Source: Trueperaceae bacterium
Lineage (GTDB): Bacteria > Deinococcota > Deinococci > Deinococcales > Trueperaceae
Length of the DNA stretch: 64,000 nucleotides
Assembly (NCBI GenBank): GCA_034521815.1
Contig: JAXHLW010000013.1
Span: 1,216,001 to 1,280,000 of the forward strand
Direction: 5' to 3'
Position 1 is the stretch's first letter; the number at the start of each line of letters is the position of its first letter. The notes under the pieces were generated by a model. It was not told where the DNA came from and searched no databases. It saw nothing but the letters and a program-made list of their open reading frames with translations. This document shows, piece by piece, positions 42,172 to 51,614 of the stretch. Position numbers and translations under genes: made by a program.

Positions 42172-43878
42172 ATCGACAAGGTCCACGGCTCCCTGTCCGG
42201 CCTGAAGAAGAACCAGATCAAGCGCCTCGGCAACCTGTACCGCCGCCGCGTGCCGCCCGAAGCCGCGACCAGCGGCGAGCTGGCGCGGGCGATCGCGACC
42301 CTCGCTCTCGAGATCAACGCTCCCGTCTCGGTCCTCGTCGACCGGCGCGGCCGCGTGGTGACGGTCGCCGTCGCCGACGCGGAAGGCACGCCCGTGCCGT
42401 CCCGCGCGGGCGAGGCCGAGTCGCGCTTGCGCGGTCTCCGCCTCGTCCACGTCCATCCGGGCGGCGGCGAGCTGTCGGGCGCCGACCTGACCACGCTGTT
42501 CCTCGGACGGCTCGACGCCGTCGTGGCGATCGAGGCGTTCGCCGGTCCGTCGGGCCCGGAGCTCGGTCCCGCCCACCTCGCGCTGGTCGCTCCACCCACC
42601 AGCGAGGAGGAGGACTGGCTGATCGACCCGCCGACCGACGTCGCCAGCCTCGAGCGGCAGGACCTGTTGGCACGGGTCCGCGCCGTCGAGGAGGAGATGG
42701 CGCGCAGCGAGCGATCGCGCGAGGTGTCGCGCTCGTCCGCCGAGCGGGCCATCCTGATCGGCCTCGACACCGGCGACACGATCGAGGCGCAGGCACGCCT
42801 GCAGGAGCTGAGCGAGCTGGTCCGCTCGGCCGGGGCGACCGTCGCCAAAGCCGAAATGCAGCAGCGCTCGCGGATGGACCGGAAGACGCTGGTCGGTCGC
42901 GGCAAGCTGAGCGAGCTCGTGTCGCTGGCGTACCACGAGGACGCCGACCTCCTCGTGTTCGACCGCGAGCTGGCCCCGGCGCAAGCGCGCGAGATCGAGC
43001 AGGCGACGCGCCTGAAGATCCTCGATCGCACCCAGGTGATTCTGGACATTTTCGCGCAGAACGCCCGGGGACGCGAGGCGCAGGTGCAAGTGGAGCTCGC
43101 GCAGCTCCACTACCAGCTTCCGCGCCTGGCCGGCCGGGGCGCCGCGTTCAGCAGGCTCGGCGGCGGCATCGGGACGCGAGGACCCGGCGAGACGAAGCTC
43201 GAGGTCGATCGGCGCCGCATCCGCGACCGGATCACCGCGCTCGAAAGCGACGTCGATCGCATCAGCCGACGGCGCGAACGGACGCGCAAGAACCGGACCG
43301 TCGCCAGCACGCCGGTCGTGGCCCTGGTGGGGTACACGAACGCCGGCAAGTCGACGCTGTTCAACGTGCTGGCCAAGTCCGACGCCTTGAGCCGCGACGC
43401 GCTGTTCGCGACGCTCCGTCCGACCTCGCGCGAGGGCTGGCTGCCCGCGTTGGGCGCCTGGGGCGGCAAGGTGGTCTACACCGACACGGTCGGCTTCATC
43501 CGCGATCTTCCCGACGAGCTCGTCGACGCGTTCCGGGCGACGCTCGAGGAGCTCGACGACGCCGACCTGCTGCTCCACGTCGTGGACGGAGCCGCTCCGG
43601 GCGCTCCCGATCGGGTGAGCGCGGTGGAACGGATCCTGGACCGTCTGGAGCTGACGCCGCCACGGCGGGTGGTGATCAACAAGGCCGACGCGATGGACGA
43701 GGCGATCCGCGACGACCTGGAGCTCCGCTACGGCGCGCGCTCGGTGTCCGCCCTCTCCGGTGTCGGCATCGACGCGCTGAAGGCGGAGCTGGCCGAGGCG
43801 CTCGAGGGCGACGACCACGTCCCGTTGCCGGACGATCCCGCCGCGGCGTGGGGCGTGGTCACCCCGAACGAGCCCTGA
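42172..43878 (+). CDS. hflX: GTPase HflX with long N-terminal extension; probable ATC start
   Basis: DRTQVILDIFAQNA, GPGETKLEVDRR, GYTNAGKSTL, DTVGFI, NKAD; conserved-looking N-terminus (I)DKVHGSLSGLK..LYRRR after SD GGAAGGAG. Confidence 0.93.
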   Translation: MDKVHGSLSGLKKNQIKRLGNLYRRRVPPEAATSGELARAIATLALEINAPVSVLVDRRGRVVTVAVADAEGTPVPSRAGEAESRLRGLRLVHVHPGGGELSGADLTTLFLGRLDAVVAIEAFAGPSGPELGPAHLALVAPPTSEEEDWLIDPPTDVASLERQDLLARVRAVEEEMARSERSREVSRSSAERAILIGLDTGDTIEAQARLQELSELVRSAGATVAKAEMQQRSRMDRKTLVGRGKLSELVSLAYHEDADLLVFDRELAPAQAREIEQATRLKILDRTQVILDIFAQNARGREAQVQVELAQLHYQLPRLAGRGAAFSRLGGGIGTRGPGETKLEVDRRRIRDRITALESDVDRISRRRERTRKNRTVASTPVVALVGYTNAGKSTLFNVLAKSDALSRDALFATLRPTSREGWLPALGAWGGKVVYTDTVGFIRDLPDELVDAFRATLEELDDADLLLHVVDGAAPGAPDRVSAVERILDRLELTPPRRVVINKADAMDEAIRDDLELRYGARSVSALSGVGIDALKAELAEALEGDDHVPLPDDPAAAWGVVTPNEP

Positions 43879-43888
43879 GCGCGCGTAA

Positions 43889-43939
43889 TCAGGGCGCGGG
43901 CGCGCTCAGGGCGTGGGCGCGCTCAGGGCGTCGGCGCGC
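43889..43939. repeat. Three 17-bp tandem units between the converging hflX and TPR genes; partly complementary to the hflX 3' end
   Basis: TCAGGGCGCGGGCGCGC/TCAGGGCGTGGGCGCGC/TCAGGGCGTCGGCGCGC; GCCCTGAGCGCGC (43872-84) pairs with GCGCGCTCAGGGC. Confidence 0.8.
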
Positions 43940-46190
43940 CGTCGAGCGCCCACTGCGCGTACACGTCGACGAAGGTCGCCCGCACCTCCGACGTCTGCTC
44001 GGCCGCGAGGAACGCCAGGAAGTCCCGGACGTCCCGGTCGTCGCTGGTCTCGAACAGCGTAGCGCCGGAGAGTCCGGCGAAGCGACCGCTCTCGGCGGTC
44101 GGAAGCGACTCTTCCGCGGCCTCCGCCGCGGCGCGGAGCTCGTCGATCAGCCGCGTGACGACGGCGTCCTCGCGATCCGCATCGTCCGGACCGTAGAGCG
44201 GTCGCCCCGACGCGAGCGAGGTGAGCACGACGTTCCGGCCGATGAGGCGGCGCAGCGGCTCGGGCTGGCCCGCCACCTCCACCTCCCGCGCGATCTCGGC
44301 CCGCGTGTCGCCGTCGCCGGTCAGCGTCACCGTGACGAGGTACGCGCCAGGCGCGAGGTCGCTGGGCAGCTCGATGCCGGCCTCCTCGATCACGTAGCCG
44401 ATCGCGTCGGCGGGAACGTCGACCGACACCTCGTTCCGGACCAGCACGTCGCCGTCCGGGTCTTCGAGCGTCGCGGTCACCTCGAGCCGGAGCGGTAGCG
44501 CCTCGCCCGGCGTGAGGGCCTCGAACCGGAGCCCGATCGGGTCTCCGGGACGCAGCGGCGGCTCGATCCGGCCGCCGCCGAGAACGAGGTCCAGCCGGTC
44601 GCCGCCGATCTCCAGCGGTGGCGGCGGCGCGGTGAGCACGGCGAGGCGTCGCTCGGCCGCCTCGTCGTACGGCGCGCCCCAGCCGCCCAGGTCCAGGAAC
44701 GTGCGATACGCCTCGGCCGCGTCGTCGCGCCGGCCTTCCGTCTCGTACAGCCGGGCCAGGGCGTAGTGCAGCGCCGGCTCCTCGGGTCGCTCGGCGATCG
44801 CGTTCACGATGTCCGCGAGCGCCTCGTCGTCGACATCGGGGTCGGCGCTCAGGGCGCGCTCGTAGGGTGGCATCGCTTCGTCCAGACGGCCGAAGCGGGC
44901 GCGTACCAGCCCGAGGTTGTACGCCGCGATGGTCGCGCCGGGACGCAGCTCCAGGGCCCGCTCGCTGGCCTCTTCGCTCCGATCCCACAGGCCCAGCAGG
45001 TACCAGGCCCAGCCCAGGTTCGTCCAGTACAGGTCGTTGTCCGGCTGCAGATCGACGGCGACCGCCAGGGCGCGGGCCGCCGCCAGCCCGTCGTCGTCGT
45101 CGAACGCCAGGTAGCTGAGCCGCTCGAACGGCCAGGCGAACGTCGGCGTGGCCCGCGCGAGCGCCTGCAACGCCTCGCGCTCGAGGGCCGCGTCGGCCCT
45201 CACGTCGGCGAGAAGGGCCACCACCACCAGCACGGCGGGGTCGTCCGAAGCGGCGAGGGCGGCCAGCGCCTCGCTCGCTCCGGCCCGGTCCTGGGCCAGC
45301 TCGTACGAGGCCAGCGCCGCGGCACCGTACGGATAGCCGCTCGCGGCTCGTGCGTAGGCGTCGTCGGCACGCGCCAGGTCTCCCCCGTCGGCCGCGACGG
45401 CGCCGATCCAGGCGTCGGCGGCGGGCACGCCCGCCCCGGCCAGCCCGGCGAGGTACGCCATCGTCCGCTCGCCGTCCTCCAGGACGGTCAGCGCCAGCGT
45501 GGCCGCCAAGGCGGGCCGACCCGGTACCGGGCGTCCGGCTCGCACGTCGTCCAGCACGGACGCGAGCTCGCGGAGCCGCGGCGAGACCGTGCCGGCGTCC
45601 TCGGCGCGCTCGACCAGCGCGTCCACCTCGTCCGCGAAGCCTCCGGCCAGGAGCGTGACGGCGCGGCCCAGGGCATCGTCGGCACCGGCCATGTCGATCG
45701 GCGCCGGCGGCGGGGGCGGGCGCAGATCGAGTCGCGCGCTCAACAGCGCCGCGGCCCGCCTGGCCAGCTCGGCGGGATCGTCCTCGGGGGCACGGAGCGT
45801 GGTGCTCACCGTCGTGCCGTCGGCCGCGGCCGCCACCAGGTCGAGACGCAACCCGCCTGCGTCGGTCACGACACGGCCCGACACGGCCATGTCGACGCCG
45901 GTGCCGGCGCGTAGCAGCATGGCGCCGTGCAGGCGCGCCATGCCACCGTCCTCGACCAGGGCCAGCGGCCCGACGTAGCCGTCGGCGTAGGAGAACGGCG
46001 GAACCAGCGCGGGGGCCGCGGCCGGTCCGACGACCAGGTCCGCGTCGCGCTCGAGCGCCTCGGCGATCCGGTCCGCGACGACGGCGCCGAGGACCGTCCC
46101 CTCGCCGAGGAACGGGTGGACGACCACCGTCTGGGCTTGGGCAGCCCCAGCGAGCGCGAGGGCAATGAGAACAGTCCTGAGCAGGCGCAT
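43923..46190 (-). CDS. Secreted TPR-repeat protein
   Basis: Signal peptide MRLLRTVLIALALAGAAQA; TPR units (YWTNLGWAWYLLG, AYNLGLV, HYALARLYE). Confidence 0.8.
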   Translation of the reverse strand: MRLLRTVLIALALAGAAQAQTVVVHPFLGEGTVLGAVVADRIAEALERDADLVVGPAAAPALVPPFSYADGYVGPLALVEDGGMARLHGAMLLRAGTGVDMAVSGRVVTDAGGLRLDLVAAAADGTTVSTTLRAPEDDPAELARRAAALLSARLDLRPPPPPAPIDMAGADDALGRAVTLLAGGFADEVDALVERAEDAGTVSPRLRELASVLDDVRAGRPVPGRPALAATLALTVLEDGERTMAYLAGLAGAGVPAADAWIGAVAADGGDLARADDAYARAASGYPYGAAALASYELAQDRAGASEALAALAASDDPAVLVVVALLADVRADAALEREALQALARATPTFAWPFERLSYLAFDDDDGLAAARALAVAVDLQPDNDLYWTNLGWAWYLLGLWDRSEEASERALELRPGATIAAYNLGLVRARFGRLDEAMPPYERALSADPDVDDEALADIVNAIAERPEEPALHYALARLYETEGRRDDAAEAYRTFLDLGGWGAPYDEAAERRLAVLTAPPPPLEIGGDRLDLVLGGGRIEPPLRPGDPIGLRFEALTPGEALPLRLEVTATLEDPDGDVLVRNEVSVDVPADAIGYVIEEAGIELPSDLAPGAYLVTVTLTGDGDTRAEIAREVEVAGQPEPLRRLIGRNVVLTSLASGRPLYGPDDADREDAVVTRLIDELRAAAEAAEESLPTAESGRFAGLSGATLFETSDDRDVRDFLAFLAAEQTSEVRATFVDVYAQWALDGAPTP

Positions 46191-46270
46191 GAAAACCTCC
46201 GTCTGGGACGCTAGCACGGCTCGGATGAGGACTCTGGGCTCCCGAGCGGAGTCGCCCGGGAAGCGCCCGC

Positions 46271-46729
46271 TCAGGCCAGCAGGTCCTCGAAATCGTCCAT
46301 CATCCGTTGGGCCGCCTCGACGCTCCTGCAGATCACCAGGATCGTGTTCTGTCCCGCGAGGGTGCCGACCACCTCGTCGCGATCGAGCTTGTCGATCACG
46401 TAGGCGATTCCGCTGGCGTGCCCCTCGTCGGTGTCGATCACCAGCAGGTTGTCGCCGCGATCGAGATCGCGCACGAACAGACGGAACCGCTGCGCCAGCT
46501 CGCCGACCACGTCCTCCTGGGCGGCGAGCGGCGTGGACCTGTAGCGGTGCTGACCGTTCCCGGCGGGCAACCGGACCAGACGTAGCTCGTTCACGTCGCG
46601 GCTGATGGTGGCTTGCGTGACCTTGATGCCTCGCTTGGCGAGGTGCTCGGCGATCTCGGCTTGGGTCGAGATGAACTCGTTCTCGACGAGCTCCTCGATC
46701 AGCCGCTGACGGTACTCTTTACTCGGCAT
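46271..46729 (-). CDS. argR: Arginine repressor
   Basis: RQRLIEEL..ISTQAEI, VTQATISRDVNEL, GTLAGQNTILVI. Confidence 0.95.
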   Translation of the reverse strand: MPSKEYRQRLIEELVENEFISTQAEIAEHLAKRGIKVTQATISRDVNELRLVRLPAGNGQHRYRSTPLAAQEDVVGELAQRFRLFVRDLDRGDNLLVIDTDEGHASGIAYVIDKLDRDEVVGTLAGQNTILVICRSVEAAQRMMDDFEDLLA

Positions 46730-46741
46730 ATTTATACGGTA
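46725..46741 (-). promoter_or_regulatory. ARG box overlapping the argR -10 region and start codon
   Basis: Minus strand CGTATAAATATGCC resembles TGcATAnnTATgCA; -10 TACCGT 6 nt before the ATG. Confidence 0.65.
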
Positions 46742-46788
46742 TACGTCGGTGTACGATCGCGCCAGGGCTTGAGACACGAAACGATCGG

Positions 46789-48012
46789 TCAGCCGCTCAG
46801 CTCGCGCACGGCCCGGTCCAGGATCCGCTCCGCCGTCTCCCGCTTCGTCAGGCGCGGCAGCGCGTCGGACGTCCCGTCCGGCCGCACCAGCGTGACCTCG
46901 TTCAGGTCGCCGCCGAAGCCGCTCCCCTCCCGCCGCGGGTAGTTCAGCGCGATGAACGCCAGGCTCTTGCGCCGCGCCTTGTCGGCGGCCCGCTCGACGC
47001 CCTGATCGGTCTCCATCGCGAAGCCCACCATCGTCTGCCGCGTCCGTCGCCTGGCCAGCGTCGCCAGCACGTCCGGGGTCCGCACCAGCTCCAGCGAGGA
47101 GGCCTCGCCCACCTTCGGCACCTTCTGCTCCGCCGGCTCGGCGGGACGCCAGTCCGCGACCGCCGCGCTCATCACCAGCAGGTCGCACGCGTCGAACGGG
47201 GCGACGACCGCGTCGGCCATCTCCTGCGCCGTCTCGACCGCGATGGCGCGCACCCCGTGCGGCACAGCGACCGCCATCGGACCGTGCACCAGGGTGACGT
47301 GCGCGCCCCGGTCGCGCGCGGCCTCGGCCACGGCGACGCCCATGCGGCCCGAGGAGGGATTGCTCAGGAACCGCACCGGATCGAGCCACTCCCGCGTCGG
47401 CCCCGCCGTCACCAGCACCCGCCGACCGACCAGGTCGCGTGGCCTGGCGTCGCGCATCACCGCCGCCACCAGCGAGGCCTCGTCCGGCAGCCGTCCGACA
47501 CCGGATCCCTCGTCCACCGACCCGAGGCGCCCGGACGCCGGCACGAGCACCTCGCGCCCGTCGTCGCGAAGCCGCTCGACGTTGCGGCGTACGGCCGGTG
47601 CGTTCCACATCGCCGCGTTCATCGCCGGCGCGTACAGCACGCGCTCGACCGAGAGGGCCAGCGCAGAGACAGGATCGTCGGCGCGTCCCGCCGCCGCCGC
47701 GGCCAGCGCGTCGGCGCTCGCAGGCGCGACGAGCATCGCGTCCGCCCAGCGCGCCCAGCTGAGATGACGCGCCTCGCCGTCGGCACGGAACCAGGCGCGC
47801 CGATCCAGGATCTCGCTTCCCGACGCCGTGGCCAGGGCCAGCGGCGTGACGAACAGGTGCGCGGCGCGGCTCACCGCGACGCGCACCTCCGCACCCGCCT
47901 CGTGCAGGCGACGGATCAGCAGCGGCGCCTTGATCGCCGCCACGCCGCCCGTCACCCCCACCACGACGTGGCGGGAGGCGGCCGAAGCCGAGCTCGTCGA
48001 ATCAGAGCTCGT
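46789..48012 (-). CDS. coaBC: Bifunctional phosphopantothenoylcysteine decarboxylase/synthase (start uncertain: ACG 48012 or GTG 47964)
   Basis: GVTGGVAAIK, APAMNAAMW, VTAGPTREWLDPVRFLSNPSSGRMG, AAVADW, VGFAMET. Confidence 0.93.
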   Translation of the reverse strand, partial: TSSDSTSSASAASRHVVVGVTGGVAAIKAPLLIRRLHEAGAEVRVAVSRAAHLFVTPLALATASGSEILDRRAWFRADGEARHLSWARWADAMLVAPASADALAAAAAGRADDPVSALALSVERVLYAPAMNAAMWNAPAVRRNVERLRDDGREVLVPASGRLGSVDEGSGVGRLPDEASLVAAVMRDARPRDLVGRRVLVTAGPTREWLDPVRFLSNPSSGRMGVAVAEAARDRGAHVTLVHGPMAVAVPHGVRAIAVETAQEMADAVVAPFDACDLLVMSAAVADWRPAEPAEQKVPKVGEASSLELVRTPDVLATLARRRTRQTMVGFAMETDQGVERAADKARRKSLAFIALNYPRREGSGFGGDLNEVTLVRPDGTSDALPRLTKRETAERILDRAVRELSG

Positions 48013-48280
48013 CGGTACGCTCCTCGCGTCGCTGCCGTGCCCGAGCTTCGCGCAGCGATACGTCGGTAGGAAGGTCCTCGCCCCAGACGATGTCCTTGCC
48101 GGTACGGAGCTCCTCCATCGCGACGGAGACGGTGTTGGACTTCGCTTCGGGCATCTCGTCGGCCGACAGCAGCGACGGAACGCCGCTCTTGAGCTGCGCG
48201 GCGCGACGGGCGACCACGATCGAGAGGCGGTAGCGGGAATCGGTCAGAGACAACAGTCGGTCGTAGCCTTTCTGAGCCAT
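48002..48280 (-). CDS. rpoZ: RNA polymerase omega subunit
   Basis: DRLLSLTDSRYRLSIVVARRAAQL...NTVSVAMEEL; SD AGGAGG; gmk-rpoZ-coaBC synteny. Confidence 0.92.
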   Translation of the reverse strand: MAQKGYDRLLSLTDSRYRLSIVVARRAAQLKSGVPSLLSADEMPEAKSNTVSVAMEELRTGKDIVWGEDLPTDVSLREARARQRREERTDEL

Positions 48281-48448
48281 CGGTCCTCCTAAGCGGGAAA
48301 CGGGGCCGGCCCGGGCGACGACGCGCATCGTGCGCGTCCGCCGGCGGCGCCCCGCGCCTCGTCCGTCGACTCTACCTCAGCGGTCCGACCCCAGCCGTCC
48401 TACGGACGCCGTGCCCAGCGACGGTCGCGGACGCGGCGCGGCGCGGCG

Positions 48449-49111
48449 TCACGACTCGCGCAGGAAGGCGCGCACCTCGTCGTCGCGGAGCCGCGCAGCG
48501 CGCACCCGCTCGGCGCGCACGATCGCCTGGAAGTGCTGGACCGCCTGCCCGAGCTCGTCGTTCACCACCGCGTAGTCGAACTCGCGCACCGCGCGGATCT
48601 CGTCGCGGGCCCGGGCCAGCCGCTTCTGGATCTTGGCCTCGTCGTCGGTGCCACGACCGCGCAGACGGCGCTCGAGCTCGGCCAGAGAGGGCGGCGCGAT
48701 GAAGATCATCACCGCCTCCGGCAGCGCGCGCCTGAGCTGGCGCGCACCGGCCAGCTCGAGCTCCAGCAGCACGTCGCGACCCGCCTCCAGGGCGGCTTCG
48801 ACCGGGGCGCGCGGCGTGCCGTAGTAGTCGCCGACGTACTCGGCCCACTCGAGCAGGCCGTCGTCCCGGATCATCGTCTCGAACGGCTCGGTGTCCAAGA
48901 AGTAGTACTGAACGCCGTGCTGCTCGCCGGGCCGTTGGGCCCGCGTGGTCGCCGAGACCGAGTAGAACAGCTCGCCCAGCGCCGGCACCGCCTCGCGCCG
49001 GATCGTGTCCTTGCCGACGCCCGAGGCGCCCGTCATCACGAACGGGATTCCCCGCCGGCCGACGGCGGCCCCGGACGGGCCGGGGGATGCCGGGTGCTCT
49101 CCTCGCTTCAC
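48449..49111 (-). CDS. gmk: Guanylate kinase
   Basis: GASGVGKDT, SVSATTRAQRPGE, YYGTP, RGTD; GTG start 7 nt after TACCTT. Confidence 0.95.
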   Translation of the reverse strand: MKRGEHPASPGPSGAAVGRRGIPFVMTGASGVGKDTIRREAVPALGELFYSVSATTRAQRPGEQHGVQYYFLDTEPFETMIRDDGLLEWAEYVGDYYGTPRAPVEAALEAGRDVLLELELAGARQLRRALPEAVMIFIAPPSLAELERRLRGRGTDDEAKIQKRLARARDEIRAVREFDYAVVNDELGQAVQHFQAIVRAERVRAARLRDDEVRAFLRES

Positions 49112-49242
49112 GCGGGGCAAGGTACCACGGGGGCGAGGCGACGGCGGAGGCGCGCACGGAGCGGGCGCACGGAGCGGTGCCGGCGCCCCCGCTGCCGCTT
49201 AGGCGGCGGGTGGTAGCATGCGGTCCCGGAGAAGGTGAGGGC

Positions 49243-50940
49243 ATGGTGACCAAGTACATCTTCATCACGGGCGGGGTGGTTTCGAGCCTGGGCAAAGGCA
49301 TCTCCACCTCGAGTCTCGGAGCGCTGCTGCGTGCGCGGGGGTACCGCGTCACGGCCGTCAAGATCGACCCCTACATCAACGTCGACGCCGGCACGATGCG
49401 GCCGTACGAGCACGGCGAGGTGTTCGTGACCGACGACGGCGCCGAGACCGACCTGGACATCGGGACGTACGAACGCTTCCTGGACACCGACCTCGGACGC
49501 GGCAACAACGTCACGACCGGCCAGGTGTACCAGACCGTGATCGACCGGGAGCGGCGAGGCGAGTACCTGTCGCAGACCGTCCAGGTCATCCCCCACGTGA
49601 CCGACGAGATCAAGAAGCGGATCCGCGCCGCCGGCGAGGAGGCCGGCGCCGAGCTGGTGCTGGTCGAGGTGGGCGGGACCGTCGGCGACATCGAGTCGCT
49701 CCCGTTCCTCGAAGCGATCCGCCAGATGCGGTTCGAGGAAGGCCGCGACCAGACCCTCTACCTGCACGTCACCCTGCTCCCCTACCTGGGCACCAGCGAG
49801 GAGTTCAAGACCAAGCCGACGCAGCACTCCGTCGCCACCCTCCGCGGCGTGGGCATCCAGCCCGACGCCCTGATCGTCCGTAGCGAGCGGCCCGTCCCGG
49901 ACGAGGCGCGCCGCAAGATCGCGCTGTTCTCGAACGTCGAGGCCCGCGACGTGTTCAACGCCTACAACGCGGACCACGTCTACGCCGTTCCCGAGATGCT
50001 CGAGCAACAGGGCATCGGCCGCTTCACCGAGCGCCTCCTGGGCCTCGACAAGGTGCTGCCCGAGCTCCACGTCTGGCAAGAAGCGGTCCGGGTGCTTCGC
50101 AAGCCCGCCGGCCGGGCGCGCATCGCGGTCGTCGGCAAGTACACCGCGATGCCGGACGCCTACCTCTCGCTCAACGAGGCGCTCAAGCACGCCGGCATCG
50201 CGAACGACGTGTCGGTGGACGTCGAGTGGGTCTCTGCCGAGGAGGTCGCCGAAGGCGATCTGGGGTTCCTGGAGACGTACGACGGCATCCTCGTTCCCGG
50301 TGGGTTCGGCGTGCGCGGCATCGAAGGCAAGGTCCGGGCGGCCCGGATCGCCCGCGAGAGGAACGTGCCCTACCTGGGCATCTGCCTGGGCATGCAGATC
50401 GCGGTGATCGAGTTCGCCCGCAACGTCGCGGGACTGGGCCACGCCAACTCGACCGAGTTCGATCCGTACACGCCCCATCCGGTGATCGACCTCATGCCCG
50501 AGCAGCTCGACGTCGAGGGCCTGGGCGGAACGATGCGGCTGGGAAGCTGGCCGATGCGCATCGAGCCCGGGACGGTGCTCGAGTCGCTCTACCGCCCCGG
50601 CGCGGGTCGCATGGTGCGCGAGCGGCACCGGCACCGCTACGAGGTCGCGCCAGGCTACGTGGACCGCCTGGTCGAGGCCGGCATGGTCGTCTCGGGCGTG
50701 ACGCCGGGGATGGAAGGCCGCGGTGCGGGCCTCGTCGAGGCGATCGAGCTCGCCGGACACCCGTACTTCGTGGGCCTGCAGTCCCATCCCGAGTTCACCT
50801 CGCGGCTGATGCGGCCCAGTCCTCCCTTCCGAGGGTTCATCGCCGCCGCGACGCGCCGCGCCGAGGCGGCCGGCTCCAGCGGCGACGCGTCCCCGGTCGA
50901 CCCGCCCGACCCGGGGACGGCGACGCCCGAACGACCGTGA
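49243..50940 (+). CDS. pyrG: CTP synthase
   Basis: KYIFITGGVVSSLGKG, KTKPTQHSV, GICLGMQ, RHRHRYE, QSHPEF. Confidence 0.97.
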   Translation: MVTKYIFITGGVVSSLGKGISTSSLGALLRARGYRVTAVKIDPYINVDAGTMRPYEHGEVFVTDDGAETDLDIGTYERFLDTDLGRGNNVTTGQVYQTVIDRERRGEYLSQTVQVIPHVTDEIKKRIRAAGEEAGAELVLVEVGGTVGDIESLPFLEAIRQMRFEEGRDQTLYLHVTLLPYLGTSEEFKTKPTQHSVATLRGVGIQPDALIVRSERPVPDEARRKIALFSNVEARDVFNAYNADHVYAVPEMLEQQGIGRFTERLLGLDKVLPELHVWQEAVRVLRKPAGRARIAVVGKYTAMPDAYLSLNEALKHAGIANDVSVDVEWVSAEEVAEGDLGFLETYDGILVPGGFGVRGIEGKVRAARIARERNVPYLGICLGMQIAVIEFARNVAGLGHANSTEFDPYTPHPVIDLMPEQLDVEGLGGTMRLGSWPMRIEPGTVLESLYRPGAGRMVRERHRHRYEVAPGYVDRLVEAGMVVSGVTPGMEGRGAGLVEAIELAGHPYFVGLQSHPEFTSRLMRPSPPFRGFIAAATRRAEAAGSSGDASPVDPPDPGTATPERP

Positions 50941-51614
50941 GCGACGGGGCTCCGGCCGGCGGGCCGTTGGTGATCGGACTGGCCGGCGGGACCGGATCGG
51001 GCAAGACCACGGTGGCCGAGGCGATCGTGCGGGCCGCAGCCGGCCGGGTGGCGATCGTTCCCCAAGACGCGTACTACCGATCGCAGCCCGACCTGCCGTT
51101 CGAGGCACGGGCGCTGACGAACTACGACGAGCCCAGCGCGTTCGATACCGAGCTCCTCGTCGCGCACATCGACGCGCTCTGCGACGGTCTCCCCGTCGAG
51201 CGGCCGGTGTACGACTTCGAGCGCCACGAGCGCTCGAGCGAGACGATCCGCGTCGAGCCGCGTGCCGTGCTGGTGGTCGAGGGGATCCTGGTGCTCCACG
51301 AGCCGGCGCTACGCGAGCGCATGACGCTCAAGGTGTTCGTCGACGCCCCGCCCGACGAGCGCTTCATCCGGCGCCTCGAGCGCGACGTCGCCGAGCGCGG
51401 CCGCAGCGCGGCCAGCGTGATCGCGCAGTATCGGCGCACCGTCAAGCCGATGCACGACCTGTTCGTCGAGCCCACCAAGCAGCACGCCGATCTCATCGTG
51501 CCCGAAGGGGGCCGAAACCACGTCGCGCTGGCGGTGATCGCGAGCTTCGTCGAGCGCACGGTCCGCGCTCCGGGCGGCGCCTCGGAGACGTCCACGGGCG
51601 GCTCTCGTGCCTGA
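50937..51614 (+). CDS. udk: Uridine kinase
   Basis: IGLAGGTGSGKTT, QDAYY, NYDEP, RRLERDV.ERGR, FVEPTKQHADLIVP. Confidence 0.93.
   Translation: MSDGAPAGGPLVIGLAGGTGSGKTTVAEAIVRAAAGRVAIVPQDAYYRSQPDLPFEARALTNYDEPSAFDTELLVAHIDALCDGLPVERPVYDFERHERSSETIRVEPRAVLVVEGILVLHEPALRERMTLKVFVDAPPDERFIRRLERDVAERGRSAASVIAQYRRTVKPMHDLFVEPTKQHADLIVPEGGRNHVALAVIASFVERTVRAPGGASETSTGGSRA

Noticed and set aside
49214-49242. pyrG reiterative-transcription attenuator
   Set aside because: The leader after TAGCAT is very short, with no GGGC start or terminator hairpin.
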